This document shows positions 1 through 13,999 of a stretch of 64,000 nucleotides of DNA, in pieces (position 1 is the first letter of the stretch; the number at the start of each line of letters is the position of its first letter). Where the stretch lies: the NCBI GenBank assembly GCA_043228905.1, contig JBHGNT010000013.1, forward strand, positions 9,362,001 to 9,426,000, written 5' to 3'. The notes under the pieces are model-generated. The model searched no databases. It was given only the letters and a program-made list of their open reading frames with translations, and was not told where the DNA came from. This DNA is from Azolla caroliniana (lineage: Eukaryota; Plantae; Polypodiophyta). The translations under genes and the position numbers were made by a program.

Positions 1-1976
1 AAAATAAACAAATTGTGATTTTCTCCATTTAAAATGATGTGTTTTCAACGGGAATCCGATGCACTGCATCGGATTCCCGTTGAAAACACATCATTTTCAA
101 CAGGATTTTCAATGGAAATCCGATGCACTACATCAGATTCCGTTCAAAATCACTGAGTTCCAACATAAATCCGATGCAGTGCATCGGATTTCCGTTCAAA
201 GTCCAATATTTTTCTTATGTTTTTTCATAAAACATTAATTTGCAATTGAAATCTGACTCAATGGTTCAGATTTTGTTGAAAATGTAATATTTTTTTATTA
301 TCTCATTGTTTTATGAAAAACCTAAAAGAAATTTGGATTTTTAATTGAAATTTGATGTAGTGCATTAGATTTCAGTTGGAAATCCACTTTTTTAATATAT
401 TTTTATTTATTTTTTGAAAAAATGAAAAACAATTGAAAAGAAAGAGGATTGCCAGCTAAAATCTGATGCAATGCATCAATGTCTAGCTGTATAGACTACG
501 ATCTGATGTAGTGTATCGGATTTCAGTTGAAAAGCCGTTTATTATTTTTTATATGGAAAATAAATAAATAAATAACATTGGAAAAAGAAAAAAGAAAAAT
601 GGATTTTCGACTCTAATCCAACACATTGCATTAGATTCTAGCTATATATACTAAAATATAATGTAGTGCATAGTATTTTAGCTAAAAATCCATTTTTTAT
701 TTTTTAATGGAAATTTTTTTAAATATTACAAAAAAAAAAAACTTGGATTTTCAACTGAAATTTAGTGCATCGCATCGGATTCCAATTAAAAATCCAAGAT
801 TTTTTATTTTTTCAAATTTTATTGTTTCAAATTTTCAATGGGTTTTAGATTAGTTTTCTGACACAAGTATATAATATAAAACTTACATCAATTTAGATTA
901 ACGTTATATTCTATTCTTCAGTTTGATGTTACCTGTGCAATTTCATTCTACTGTCATGTACTACTAAAACATACGCCTTAAAGATTATCAGGAACTCTGT
1001 TGCATTAGAGAAGGACCTTGAGCAAGTTAATGTCATCAAAATGAGGATCCAAGGTATCTGGGGTTGTCCTGATCAAGACCAAGAAGTTGGGGCAAAGCAT
1101 ATCAATAAAACTTAGATGTTCCAGATGACTTTTAGAAAACTTGTGGAACTATAGATGAAGACGCAGGGCAACTTGTTGAATTAGAAGACGTTTCAGAGTC
1201 TGAACATACTAACAATTCAACTTAGCGTACTGACGAAGCCAATGAGGACAATCCTGATGAAAGAGCTAATCCTGAGTAGACGGCTTTACCAGACTTATTA
1301 TTCGATTGAATGGTTATGGCTTATTGTAAATTTTGAACAATATGAATTGTTAAATTTTGACGTAATATATAAGTTGAGCTTACTTATAATTTTCGTGTAA
1401 CAATCATTGAGCTTAGAAATTAAGTATACTTGTATGTGTACATGTTATCTAAACTCTCCTTTATCATTTGGGGTATATCGGAGATAAGTTTATACTCTAT
1501 CATTTACTCGTATGATTGGAATGTTATTGTAGACTAGTTTATTTATACATTGACAGTGTCATGTATCACGTGTCAATGCAAATTTTCTCTTGACATAGTA
1601 GTATCTCTTAATTGCAAGGTTCACAATTTGCTTTAAGATGTATTATATTTAAATATACACACATAATTAGAAGAAGTCACTTATTCAATTGGGCATGCTT
1701 TTTAGAATATGCACAAGGACCCGTGTTACTATTATACTTGTGTTGACAAATACACCCTTGTCTAAGATTTGGACAAAAACATGGTAGATAGAATATACGT
1801 CGGATGATTTTGTTGACATGATATTAGTTAGTTCTTTTTTTCACTATGTTTTCATGAACCACATACACATGCGTCATGCCTTGTTGAAATTCTGCTTAAA
1901 TAAGGCATTTTTTAACATCTCACTAAGATATGAAAAAGAGAATGCGACATATTACCTGTTTCAAATCACCCGGTGT
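1..1976. mobile_element. Right part of an AT-rich, palindrome-rich (foldback-like) DNA element ending ...CACCCGGTGT, truncating the gypsy integrase; left end lies outside the window
   Basis: The integrase frame breaks at NKTL (1977). The terminus read inward (ACACCGGGTG...CGCATTC) resembles the ACAC...CGCATTC terminus at 43064. Many AATCCGATGCA-N-TGCATCGGATT palindromes lie in 30-790. Confidence 0.55.
31..97. repeat. Perfect 33-bp inverted repeat with 1-nt loop
   Basis: aaaatgatgtgttttcaacgggaatccgatgca-c-tgcatcggattcccgttgaaaacacatcatttt. Confidence 0.95.
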
Positions 1977-4904
1977 TGAGCGTCTTGTTCGTTGATTCCG
2001 CTAAACCGTTCGCCTGTGGATAGTAAGGTGTGCTCCATTTGTGGACAACGGCATAAAATGTCGTCAGGCTTTCGACTACTTGGCCGAGGAAGTGCCCCCC
2101 TTGGTCGCTTATTAATTCGATTGGGCATCCGTAACGGCACCAGATGTACTCGTATAGAAATTTCGCCATTGACGGAGCGGTGTTGTCCCTTAAAGCTTTG
2201 GCCTCCACCCATTTCGTGCAATAATCTGTAGCAATGATGACGTACCGATTACCCGTTCTCATTGCCGGTGGCTTGAATGGTCCTACAAAGTCCAGCCCCC
2301 ACTTCTGGAATGGCTCGAGTGGTAGTACCGGCTGGTGTGGCATACGAGCCTGCTCCGTTGGCTGGCCCATTCTCTGGCATAGGTCACATTCTTTTGCGTA
2401 TCGTACCGCATCTCTTAATGTCGTTGGCCCCCACAGGCCACTTTGCCATATTTTCCTGGCCGTTGCATCTCCGGCATAGTGACCTCCAACAACTCCGCAG
2501 TGGGCTTCCCTCAGTATCAGTTCCTTTTCATCGTTGCGCACCGCCCTTCTCCATATGTCGTCCGCGCCCTTGTGGTACAGTGTGTCTTGCAGTAAGCAGA
2601 AATGTCGGCTTTGCACCGCCAGGCGTTTCCATTCGTCCCGGTTCAGCTCTTCCGGAGGCAGTCCTGTGCTCAGAAACTGGTGCATATTTGTGAGCCACTT
2701 GTCTCATCTGTTGCCGTCTCCGTAGTGACTCGAAACAGCTCCGCATCTGGAAACTCATCCGCTACTCCGTCACCCGTCTCTCCGGACTCTAATCGGCTTA
2801 AGTAATCCGCCACGGCATGCTGTATACCGGGTCGGTGGAATATTTCAAACTCGAACTCCTGTAACAGTAAGGTCCACCGGGCCAATTTGCCGGTGAGTGA
2901 CGCTTTAGACACCAGGTAAAGGAGTGTCGAATGATCTACGTGGAAGGAAAACTTCCTTCCCAATAAATAATGCCGAAACTTTGTCACACTGTAGATCATC
3001 CCTAGAGCTTCTCATTCCGTGGTAGAGTAGTTCCGTTCTACTTGGGATAGCTTCCGGCTGGCATAGTACACTGGCCGGTACCATTTTGGCTCCGTAAGCT
3101 GCATAAGTACACTTCCGATTGCGATGTCGGAGGCGTCCACAAACACGTGAAATTCTTTACTCCAATCCGGAGGCTGCACTACCGGTGCCTGCGACAATAG
3201 TACCTTGAGGGCCCTATACGCCCTATCCTCGGTGTCGGTCCACTGGAATGGTGTCCGATGTACGGCGGCATGCAACGGTGTAGCCAGGTCGGCCAAGTAT
3301 CGGAGCATCCGGCTGTGCCACCAGATCTGGCCTAAGAACCGGCTTAATGCCTTTGCCGTTGCCGGCACCGGTGCTTCTAATATGGCTTTCACTTTGTCCG
3401 GGTCGACTGCAATACCTTCTTGGCTCACAATATGTCCTAATAGAGTTCCACTGGACACGCCAAATACACATTTTGCCGGATTCAAGCTTAGCCGGTACGC
3501 TCTACACTTTTCAAGACAAAGGCGGAGGTGCTAAAAATGGTCCTCCTCCCGGCTATAGACGGCGAAATCGTCAAGGAAAACCTGCATAAAAGCCGGAATA
3601 TATTCACCGAAGATTTCCATGATGATTCGTTGAAATGTTGCTAGTGCCGTTTTGAGTCCGAACATCATCACCACGGCCACAAACACCCCCCATTCGGTTA
3701 CGAAAGCCGTTTTCTCTTGGTCGTCGGGGTGCATCCGGATCTGATTATACCCGTTGAATCCGTCTAGGAAACTATAGACCTCATGGCCGGCGACGGCATC
3801 CAACACTCCATCTATGAACGGAAGTGGGAACGCATCCATTACCGTAGTTGCATTGAATTTCCGGTAGTCCACACAAACTCGAATTTTTCCGTTCTTCTTC
3901 GGTACGACTACGATGGGGCTCAACCATGTCGCTTTCTTTACCAGACGGATAAAGCCAACTCTTAGCAGTTTGTCGATTTCCTCCTTGAATTTGGCGGCAT
4001 AATTGGGATTCATCTGGTACCATCTTTGTGCCACTGGTTTTGCGTCCTTGCTCAAGTGCACATGATGTTGGTATAACTGAGGGTCGAGTCCTCGCATGTC
4101 TTCGTATGACTAGGCGAACACATCGCGAAATTCCGTGAGAAGTGTGATCATCGCCGTTTTGTCTTCGGACTTCATCTCCTTGGCGATGTTCACCGGTTTT
4201 GCTTCGTCCGTGGTCCCTAGGTTCACCTCTTCCAGTTGCGACGCTTTTACGCGCTGTGAAACGGCCATTTCCCGTTCCAACGCTTCCTACGCTTGCCGTA
4301 ACTCCCGGATTGCGTCTTTATCCGGTTCTGCTTCAGTCTCTTCCGATTGCGGTAAGTATGGTGCTACTGCTTCGGCAATGTCAATTTCGAAGAGGGGTAT
4401 GATCTTCGGGTTTTCCTGCAGGTACTGAGCTTCTTCTTCGTCCGCTAACCCTTCTAGCATGTTGACGCATTCCGCATACAACGGTGTACATTCCTTGCCA
4501 GTGCTCGTCCTTGGCTGTGTTGGTACCCGTACCTTGGCTTTTCCTCACCAGAAGGTAATTATATTTTTCCGCCAATTCTGTTTGATATGTGCCGTTTTCA
4601 ACCATGGCCGCCCCAGCAATAGCGGGTATGCGCCTTGTGCCTGTAATTGTAGCACTATGGCTGAGATGTGAAATGTATGACCGCCGACGGTGACTTCTAA
4701 TTTCTGTATTAATCCTGTCGGCCGCACTGAGCTTGTATCGGCCATCCGCAACCAGAACGGACACGGCTCCCACTCGTGGATTCCTAGGGCATCACACGTT
4801 TGGAGGCTTATTACATTCACCCCAGAGCTTCCGTCTATAACTGTGCCGGGGAGTTCTTTCCCTTTTACAATGGTAGTGATTACCGGACTGCTGGTGTCCA
4901 CCAT
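1977..4904 (-). pseudogene. pol: gypsy pol with stops/frameshifts: protease, RT, RNase H, integrase
   Basis: PR IDGSSGVN (4545-4904); RT CVDYRKFN...MMFGL...FLDD (3531-4097); RH VDASD...ERNYSTTE, VDHS (2670-3485); INT HCG..GGH..C..CQ, WGLDFVGP, SDQG, PQANGLAE (1966-2685). Confidence 0.92.
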
Positions 4905-6801
4905 CGTTGGTCCCTCCTCTGGATTCGAGAAGAGTACCGGTGCCGGTGATGGTTCCTACCATCATGTCCGTCTTCAGTCCTTCCGTGAATCGTGGCACGA
5001 GTTGTAGGAGTCTTCCTAGTGGCAACGTAATCTGGCATTCTTGCAACGCCTGCCATGTCTCATTCTCGGAGTGACTACCACCGGTAAGCCCTGCGGTGTT
5101 CTCTTTTTGCCGTTGTAAGTCTGTGACATTCAATTCGTTTGCTTTCTTTACCCATTCCGTTGCTTGTTTCTGGATGGTCTCCTGCATCTCCCATTCCCTG
5201 GCCATGCCTTTCGACCTTGTGGTCACCTGCTGCAGATCTGCCACCTCAGGGACTACCATATTTACCGCCGGTCGTTTTTCATAGCTCTTCACCGGGCATT
5301 GGTTACTATAATGGCCTTCCTATCGGCAGTAGTAGCAGTAGGCTTTCCAGGTATTGCTAGATTCGGCATTGTCTGTTGTACCCGGGGCAGGTCCTGCGCT
5401 ACGCACAGGGTTTTGGACCGGTTGGCTGCTTGGAGCTCCTTGTTCCAAATCCCGGGGGTAGCCGCATTTTTTAAAATGTCGTTTTTTGTTATAGCTCTTC
5501 TTATTACGGTACTCTTGACGGGGTTGCCCGTTATATCTGCCGTATTCCTCCCGTTGCTGACGATACCTGGGGGAGTGCTCCCGGTCGTAATGTTCGTATC
5601 ATCTATTGTAATCCCGGTACCGATCATGTAGGTCATAGTTATCCCGCCGATCACCTACCTGACATCATTCTCCCGTCGATCGCCATACCGGACATCCTGT
5701 GCCGGTCGGTTGTGGTCCATTCGCCGCCAGTGTTCGTCTTCTTCATCCCGGCTGCTTCGTGGCTCAATTTGTCGGATGGGCGGTGCTTGCCGGTTCAACA
5801 GATTATACTCGCACCTATCCGTCGTATGGCTTTTGGATTGACAGATTACACATTGTGTCCTCATAGTGCATTCTAGAGCCGAGTGTCCAGAATTCAAGCA
5901 GGTTGTGCACTGTATTGCTTGCCGAAAGCGGAGGTCTTCATCGGACGGTAACGCCCGTTGGAGTGCTCCCAGTGTGAGCCAGGAGCTTGTCTTTTCCATC
6001 TCTCTCACCCGGTCAATGACCTGGTCGATGGTACTTGTGCGGAAGTCAATTACCGTGCAAACCGTGCGTAGGGGTTCCCGGAGCGCGTTTAGGAATATAG
6101 TCCGTAATTCCTCCTCTAGGGGGGCGCGGGCAAGCTGACTATGCATCCGTTGAAACCAGATGAAAAATTGGGGAATGCTCTCCCCTGCCTCTTGCCGGAT
6201 GGTATAAAATAAGCCTACCATTACGGTCTGGTCCACCTCCTTTTGAAAGAAATGCAAGAATTTAGCTTTTAAATCTGCAAAACTGTTGATGGTAGACGGG
6301 TCATGCGTCCGGCGCCATCTTGCTGCCGGTCCCTCCAATGTGACGCCAAATTCCGCTATCTTAGAGCGTTCTTCTTCCTCCGGGGTCAATCGCTGGGACA
6401 CATGGTTGGTTTCCCATGTCTGTTCAAAGGCGTGCACATGAGCTTCCGTGTCCGGATCATCTCTATACTTGGAGTACTGGACCAGCATGTCGTCGTCCGG
6501 TATCGGTGCGCGGGCTGGCAGTGTTGGTGCTCGTTCCGGAATTTTCTCCGGTGTCGGTGGTCTTTCCCAATTTGTTTCCGGCGTTGGTGGTTTTTCCTCT
6601 TTTGTTTCCGGCGTCGGTGGTTTTTCCTCTTCGACTTCCGGTGTCGGAGGTCGCTCTTCTTCTGCTGGTTCCGGGGGTTCCAGCGTTAGCACTTTCGGGT
6701 CCGGTGTCGGTAAGGTAGTAGTTCATGTGCACGTTGTATTCCCCTTCGGAGTCCGATTCATATGCTGAAAAGGCTTCTGCTTCGCCTTCTCCGTTTGCCA
6801 A
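4792..6801 (-). pseudogene. gag: gypsy gag with Pro/Glu repeats and CCHC knuckles, frameshifted
   Basis: ORF 5655-6692 has a retrotransposon gag core (LEGPAARW, IRQEAGESI), knuckles CTTCLNSGHSALEC and CVICQSKSHTTDRC, and repeated E(E/K)PPTPE units. Confidence 0.85.
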
Positions 6802-7068
6802 CGCGTGGAGAAGGGATTCGGTTTCCCGGAGGCTGCTTAGGCTGCTACCGTCGTCTGGGTGCGATGTTTGCTGTAACCAGACGGAGTCCTTTGCTACTCT
6901 CCGGATTACGTTGGAAAACGAGCGATCCGCTCTAATTTCCTACGCCGCTTGCTGGAAAGCCTCGCGTCTCCTTTGCCTTTCGGCAAGGCGTCGAGTTCGA
7001 TATGTAACCAGGTCGTGCGTTGATCTAGACATCCATTCGTGCCGTCGTTCGTTGCAAAAACAGGAATC

Positions 7069-7078
7069 GTGGTCGCCA
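7069..7078 (-). promoter_or_regulatory. Primer-binding site TGGCGACCAC, tRNA-Arg-like
   Basis: Lies just inside the LTR end; complementary to a ...GUGGUCGCCA tRNA 3' end as recalled for plant tRNA-Arg(UCG). Confidence 0.6.
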
Positions 7079-7988
7079 AAAACTGTGTTAACTCTTAGGG
7101 CCGGACAATGGCCTAACACAGGGTGTCTACGGAAGACACTTCACCAAAGGGTGTTACGGCAACCGGATTAGACTCAACGCTTACTCTAACTTAATTAAGT
7201 TACTAAGCATGATCGTCTTTCATAATCACACGCGTAAGATATAACAATTAAGACAGAACGGCAATTAACACAAAGAGATAACAACGTTAAGCTTTCATTA
7301 ATTAACCGTTATCTATTACATTGTATCCGGGCCTTTAAATAGGTTTCCGGTCTGTATTACAAAACGGTGCCATCCGCACCTGTTCGGGATCGGTCCGGAT
7401 CCGGAACGGCATACCGATTCCGGTCCGTCCGTCCACACTCATAGCTTAATTACAACCACATTCCTACTACTTAATTAACTCTCCGTTTCCCACTCTGGAC
7501 TCCTTTGCCGGCCGGTAACAATCCTTTTCCCGACAAGGACAACTTTCGATATAATCACGTAATAACGAATATACACATATGTTTACTTATCACATATATA
7601 CGATCAAATACGTATATATGTGACCACATATGCCTATATTAAAAACATATCGTTTATATTAAATAGCCACAAATGATGTGATCGAGATACGTAATCGAGG
7701 TATATACCTCTACGCACACGAAACATCCTCAAATAAGAGATCATCGTAATACGCAATTGAGGTGTTGACCTCTTATGCATACGAGACCAACCGCATATCG
7801 TTTACAACAAATCAAGGTATTAAACTCATACGCAAACGTAACATATGTTCGTGAACGTAATACGTAATTGAGGTATTAACCTCGTACGCATACGACACTC
7901 ATCACATATTATTAATATGTCAAACGAGGTATTGACCTCATGCACATATGTAAACGTTTTAGATAATCAATTAAAGACCACTACAACA

Positions 7989-8652
7989 TCATTGACTTAA
8001 TGAAAAAAATTGACATATAAACTAAACACATGATTAGATGGGAGAAGAGAGAATAGAAAAAAAAATTCTGGAAAGAGTTACCGAAGTTCTTTGTTGATCG
8101 TTGTCTGGATCAAGGCCGACCTCACATCGATCGATCACCATCAATCAAACGACAAATGAAAAACAAAGAAACATTAGTACATAAATCTGATACCAAATAT
8201 TAGAGATCTAAGTACTAAAGTAAGCTTAAGATAAGGATAAACAAATGATAGATAGAAAGGAGAAAGAGAAAGAAGGGTGCCAATCCACCCGATCACCCCC
8301 GAGCGAAGGGATCGAGACGGACTCGAGCCTCGATCGGCGTCCCATACCACCGCCGTGGCGTCGAGTCATACCTGGTGCTGGCGCGCTCGCTACAAGAGTT
8401 GACCCACCACAAGAGCAGAGTCTCGATGTAGTCAAAAGATGATCCAATGAGAGTAGCTAGGCCTCTTATTTATAGCGATACCCAAGGCCCCCAGGCAAGT
8501 TCACACTTGACCTAATGGGTTGTCTCAATCCCGAGGATTAAAAGTAATCCTCCCCTTCTTTACACTCTCGTTTAACCCTCACACTTATCCACGTGTATAG
8601 AATACTATGGTAAATTCTCACCACGGGATATTGAATGGTCATGCTCGTAACA
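7989..8652 (-). mobile_element. 5' LTR (8198-8652), tRNA-Met PBS and leader of a gypsy element related to the chromovirus at 32140-39154; inserted in the copia A integrase and itself interrupted by the gypsy ending at 7988
   Basis: LTR starts TGTTACGAGC on the minus strand; TGGTATCAGA at 8186-8195. It shares tccacccgaycacccccgagc, tcccataccac and agctargcctcwtatttata with LTR 38677-39154. Confidence 0.7.
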
Positions 8653-11600
8653 CCATAGCTTGTAGCCGAATTCCCCATCGGTTCCATAACTAAGAAATAT
8701 GCATTTTGCTACATGGGGTGCCCATTTTGTCCTTTTATACTTGGGGATGAACGCGTAGGCATCGCATCCGAATACACGGAGCCTATCGTAGGTCAGTTGT
8801 TTGCCTGACCATAGTGCATGTGGCACTTCAAGCCTAATTACTTTTGATGGTGCCAGATTTATCAGGTATATTGTTGTTTGCAAAGCTTCTGCCCAGAATT
8901 CGAGCTTCAGTTTGGCTAACTGAAGAATTGCCATCACCCTCTCCTGGATCGTTCGGTTGACCCGTTCTGCCACTCCATTCTGCATGGGTGTGTAAGGAAC
9001 AATCATTTGATGCCGGATCCCTTTGTTGAACAAGTACTCACCTCCATTGTCGGATCTGAGTGTCTTCACTCGGTGTCTCGACCAGTTCTCCAATTCAGAT
9101 ATCCACCAAGTGAAGACCTCGAACGCTTCGTCTTTGGACTTGATCGAGTAGGCCCAGACCATCCATGTACAATCATCTACAAGGGTGATAAAGTATCAGG
9201 AGCCTCCTAGTGATCGCTCTGGCATGGGCCCACATATATCTGTATGCACGTCTCTTAGTGGAGAGTGTGCGGGCTTTGGGTTCGTTTCTTGTATCGACTA
9301 TGCTCGCAGAAGTCTGTCTTTGCTTGGAGTTTAGGGATGTAGCCAACCGCCATCAGCCGATCGAGTCTAGCTTGAGACATATGGCCGAGTCGGCCATGCG
9401 ATAGGTTTGGGTCAGTCTTTTTGGCTACGTTCACGACCCCTTCTGGATTGATCTAATGGGTACAAATTATTGTACTTGTGTCCACTCCCGATTTTGAGGT
9501 TTCCTCGGCTGATCATCCAAGTTGACTCACTTAGAGTTGTTCGATACCTGTCTTCGGCTAGCATGCCGATGGAAACCAGACTCCTTTTCAGATTGGGTAC
9601 ATGTCGAACTCGTTGCAGGGTTATTGTGTTAGCATTGGGCAATCGGATGGGAACCTCTCCGGTCCCTGCTATTCTGCGCTCCTACCCATTTCTTAGTTGG
9701 ATTGTGTCGCTGGCGTCGGCTGAATAGTTTGAAATCCATTCGATGTTGGGGATCACGTGGAATATGGCACTAGAATCCAGTAACCACATGTGTGCTTCTT
9801 GTGCACAATATAGGACTTCTCCGATCTTTGACTCCTCTAAGGAGAGAACTTCTCCTGATCAGGAGTCGGCAACGTTGATTTGGTTGCCGATTGGAGAGTG
9901 GTTCGAGTCGGGTCATCCTCAATTCCGCTCGAATCACCGACCACTCTCTTTCCTCTTGATTGACAAACAGTCGGAAACATTGTGGCCAACTTTTCTGAAG
10001 TGTGTACAGAATTCGCCTGATCGGCTCGTTCTCGACTTCGACTGTTGTCGGTCTCCCCTCGTTTTTGATCAGTTAGTATTCCGACCAGTTCTGTCGACGT
10101 GTTCTCTCGTTGGACTCTATCAGTCAAATGACTTGGTCGAGTGATGGGCTTCTGCCGATTCATCGATGGTAAGTCCCATTGATTTTCGCCGAATGTCCTC
10201 GGTGAGGACTTAGCTGATCGTCTCATCCAGATTTAGGATCGGTCGGCTATTATTGTATGTCGTGCAGAATACCTCCCAACTTGCTAGTAAGCTCGATAGG
10301 AGGGCAATGCCTTTCACTTCTTCTTCGAAGTTGATCCCTTGTGAGGAGAGTTCTGACAACACCTAACTCAAGGTGTTGATGTGGGAGGTAGTCGGATCGG
10401 TCTCTCTCATCTTCATGTTGAACAATTGTTTGGGGTGAAAGCATGAGAGTGGAAACAATTAGCTATGTCCTTGACATAGCTAATTAGCTATGCCAAAAGC
10501 TACCATTGATAAATAGTCATTTTAGCAAAAAGCCATCATTAATAAATTAACTATGCAAAAAACTACCATTGAAAATACTAGAGTGTTTTAATTACATATG
10601 TAAATGAGCACTATAAATGTGCAACATAAACATGCAACATAAATTGATATGTGCACCATAAATGTGTACCATAAATTATATATAGAATTCCTAGGTCCAT
10701 TATGCATGATCCTTTGCCACATCACGTAGGCCATCTCTGGTTGAGTATTGTGGGTTAGTTGCTACCACTGTTGCTAAACCCTATCGAGTCCACCTGCCGC
10801 CACTCTACACTCAGGGGCCGCTACTGTGAAGGTCGTGTATTGCTGCCACTTTTCGACCCGACGACGTTAACAACTCCACTGCCGCCATTCTACTCTCAGT
10901 TGCCTTCTCTGTGCGTTCCAAGCATCATCGGTAGCTGTTCAATCTGACGGGGTTCTCTCCTCCATTGCCATCATAGGTAACTCAGTTGCCGCTACTGTCC
11001 AGTCCTGGATTGCTTCCACATTTCGATTTGATGGAGTTCACTCATCCAATGGCAACATTCTACACTTAGTTGTCGCCATTGGTCGGTCCTAGATCGCCTC
11101 CTCAACTGTTCGGTCTTGGATTGCAATAATTTTTCTGTCTATTGATTATCTTGTGTATTGTTGTGCCTAATCTTGTGTATTGTGGAATATTTTTGTGTAT
11201 TGTTGTTGCCCATAGCCATCTTAAATACTTGTTTTTTTTCTGGAAATTTAGGGTTTTAATATGTCCAACCAAATGGAAGGGGAAGATGGGTGTTTAGAAT
11301 TACCCCTCAATGAGCTTAAGGATAGGGATGATGCTATCAGGACACAACAAGCCATACAAAACTATTGGGCAGAAAAAAAAAGGAAACATCGTCAATTGTT
11401 GAAGGATACGAAAGACACACTTAGTAAAGGTAAGGATAGTTTAGTTGAGAATGTAAGTAATGCGATTACCATCATAGAGAGAAAGGTTGTAGACTATTTC
11501 AATGTTCAAACCAAGCACATCAGCAATGAAGAAAAGAAGGTAGTATTTTATGGAATATTAAATGATCCATCGATAAAGGACTTAGTTGATTGTGATGGTT

Positions 11601-12010
11601 TTAATGCAAACATATCATCTATTTTAGTAAATAATCTTCGTAATAGTTTCGTATCCATGAGCAGGTCAGAAGATGATCTTGTCTTAAAAAGGTCTAGTCT
11701 AATCATGTTACTTAATAGTGATGTTGGCGATATAAACATCAGTGAGCTATCTAAGGTAATTGGTGTTAGTAGAAAAACAGTGTACAATACATTGAACCGT
11801 ATAATTTCCTCGGGTGAAGGAACTAATCTACTAAAGCTACCTACAATATGTAAGGCAATGATACCCATAACATCAGAAATCAAGGATGTAATCACAATGT
11901 TTTGGACTAATGAGAGTAGGGTTTCACCCAATAAAAAGGATTTATGCAGGAAACGTGTTGGAAGGAGTCAATACGAGGAGCATCCCATTCATCTTCTTGA
12001 TGTACCTCAG

Positions 12011-13002
12011 GTATTTACATTTATCTCAACATTTGTTTTGACTGTACACGGAAAGTTAATTAGCTCAGTTAGCAGAAAAGCTAATTAGCTTATCAGTTAC
12101 ATTTACCTCAGTTAGCTACTAGGATAGCTACTACATAGGTAACTGGCTACTCTCAATAGCTACTACCATGATAGCTAATTAGCTATTCTCAATAGCTAAT
12201 TTAGTTACTACCAGATAATTAGCTACCAAAATAGCTTTCTAGCTACCATGATAGCTAATTAGCTATTCTCAATAGCTAATTTAGTTATTACCAGATAATT
12301 AGCTACCAGAATAGCTAATTAGCTTTTAGGATAGCTAATTAGCTATTAGAATAGGGTTTTAGCTACCATGATAGCTAAATAACTACTAGAATAGCTAATT
12401 AGAATAGGTAATTAGCTAATTAGCTATTAGAATAGGTAATTAGCTACCATGATATCTAATTAGCTACTATGATAGTTAACTACTCTAGTTATTACTAGCT
12501 AATTAGCTACCATGATAGCTAATTAGCTACTATGATAGTTAGCTACTCTAGTTATTACTAGCTAATTAGCTACTAGGAAAGTTAATTACCTACCATGATA
12601 GCTAATTAGGTACTAGGACAACTAATTAGCTACTATGATAGCTAATTAGCTACTAGAACAACTAATTAGCTACTAGGACAACTAATTAGCTACTAGGATA
12701 GCTAATTTCGTTATTACCAGCTAATTAGCTACCATGATAGCTAATTAGCTACTAGGATAGCTAATTAGCTACTAGAATAGCTAATTAGCTACCATGATAG
12801 CTAATTAGCTACTAGGATAGCTAATTAGCTACTAGAATAGCTAATTAGCTACCATGATAGCTAATTAGCTACAAGAACAGTTAATTAGCTACTAGAACAG
12901 CTAATTAGCTACTAGAACAACTAATTAACTACTAGAATAGCTAACTAGCTACTAGGATAGTTAGCTAGTTACGAGAATAACTAATTCCCCTTTATTACGC
13001 AG
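12011..13002 (+). repeat. Transposase intron filled with TAGCTAATTAGCTAC minisatellite
   Basis: Dozens of ~20-bp units built on the AGCTAATTAGCT palindrome between CAG|GTATTT and TTACGCAG|GTC. Confidence 0.9.
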
Positions 13003-13999
13003 GTCGATTTATTTATTAGGTTCAAACGAATTCATCCAAATATCAAAGTTCAACTATGAACATTCAAGTCTCTGAAGACACACATTGTGAGACACTTAAA
13101 GGATCAATACACATGTTGTTGCATTTACCATGTACATATGGGTTTTCTGAAGGACTCTATTAATCTACTACGTCACCATAGCGCATCCCTAACTAATACA
13201 GTTTGCACATGTGGGTTCCCAATCTATCGATCAAGCCCGCAAGAGGAGTGTAAATCATCTGGGCACGTTATCTCTTCCATGAGTTATTTATTAGATTCAA
13301 TATTGTGTCCGAGAGAAACTGACGCTATCTTCCGTAGTCATAAATGTGTCATGGGTTTATGTCAAGATTGTGGGCGTACTAGATTTAGGTGGTGTCCAAA
13401 TGAATTGAGTAGTGAAATATTGATCTCTGTGAAGTTATTTGAGTTAGTGAACACCAATTTCAAAGGAAAGGTGTGTAAAAGAAAGGATCTAGTTTGGAAG
13501 ATGCTTAAACCAAGGGATTTGGTGTCTCTGTTTGTAGTATCTCTAGGAAAGTTCATTAAACACAACCTCATTTATTCATGGCAGGCCCATTAGTTTAAGA
13601 CTTGCATATCTGATTTCCCAAATGATGTAGTAGTCTCAGTAGTAGATTTCGCAGAGAATTATACTTTCAAGCAACAGAATGAAATTCAATCTATGAATTG
13701 GTGTTCAGTTCAGGTAACCATTTTTGTGCACATAACATATTTTCGAGTTTCAGGTGATGTTAAAAAAGTAATTCATTTCTTTATTTCTAATGATAAGAAG
13801 CATGATACATTGTTCGTCCAACACTGTTTTAAGTTACATTGGCAGTGGTTATTAGCTCAACGTTTGGAGCTTACTCAACCTTGGGTCTAGTCTAACGGAG
13901 CTGCGTCACAATTCAAGCCTCGACGTCCATTTTATTTTGTGGGGATGTATCCTGCTATAACAGGTTTGGAGATGAGATGAATTTTTTTTGGGTCTGGCC

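Larger units (their letters stand above)
1977..7988 (-). mobile_element. Ty3/gypsy LTR retrotransposon (non-chromovirus-like), 3' part cut off by the element ending at 1976
   Basis: Order is LTR (~7086-7988, TGTTGTAG...AACA), PBS, gag, PR, RT, RH, INT on the minus strand. Confidence 0.9.

Noticed and set aside
1992-7171. Many + strand ORFs over the first gypsy element
   Set aside because: Antisense shadows of GC-rich gag/pol with no recognisable motifs; likewise most antisense ORFs over the other retroelements.
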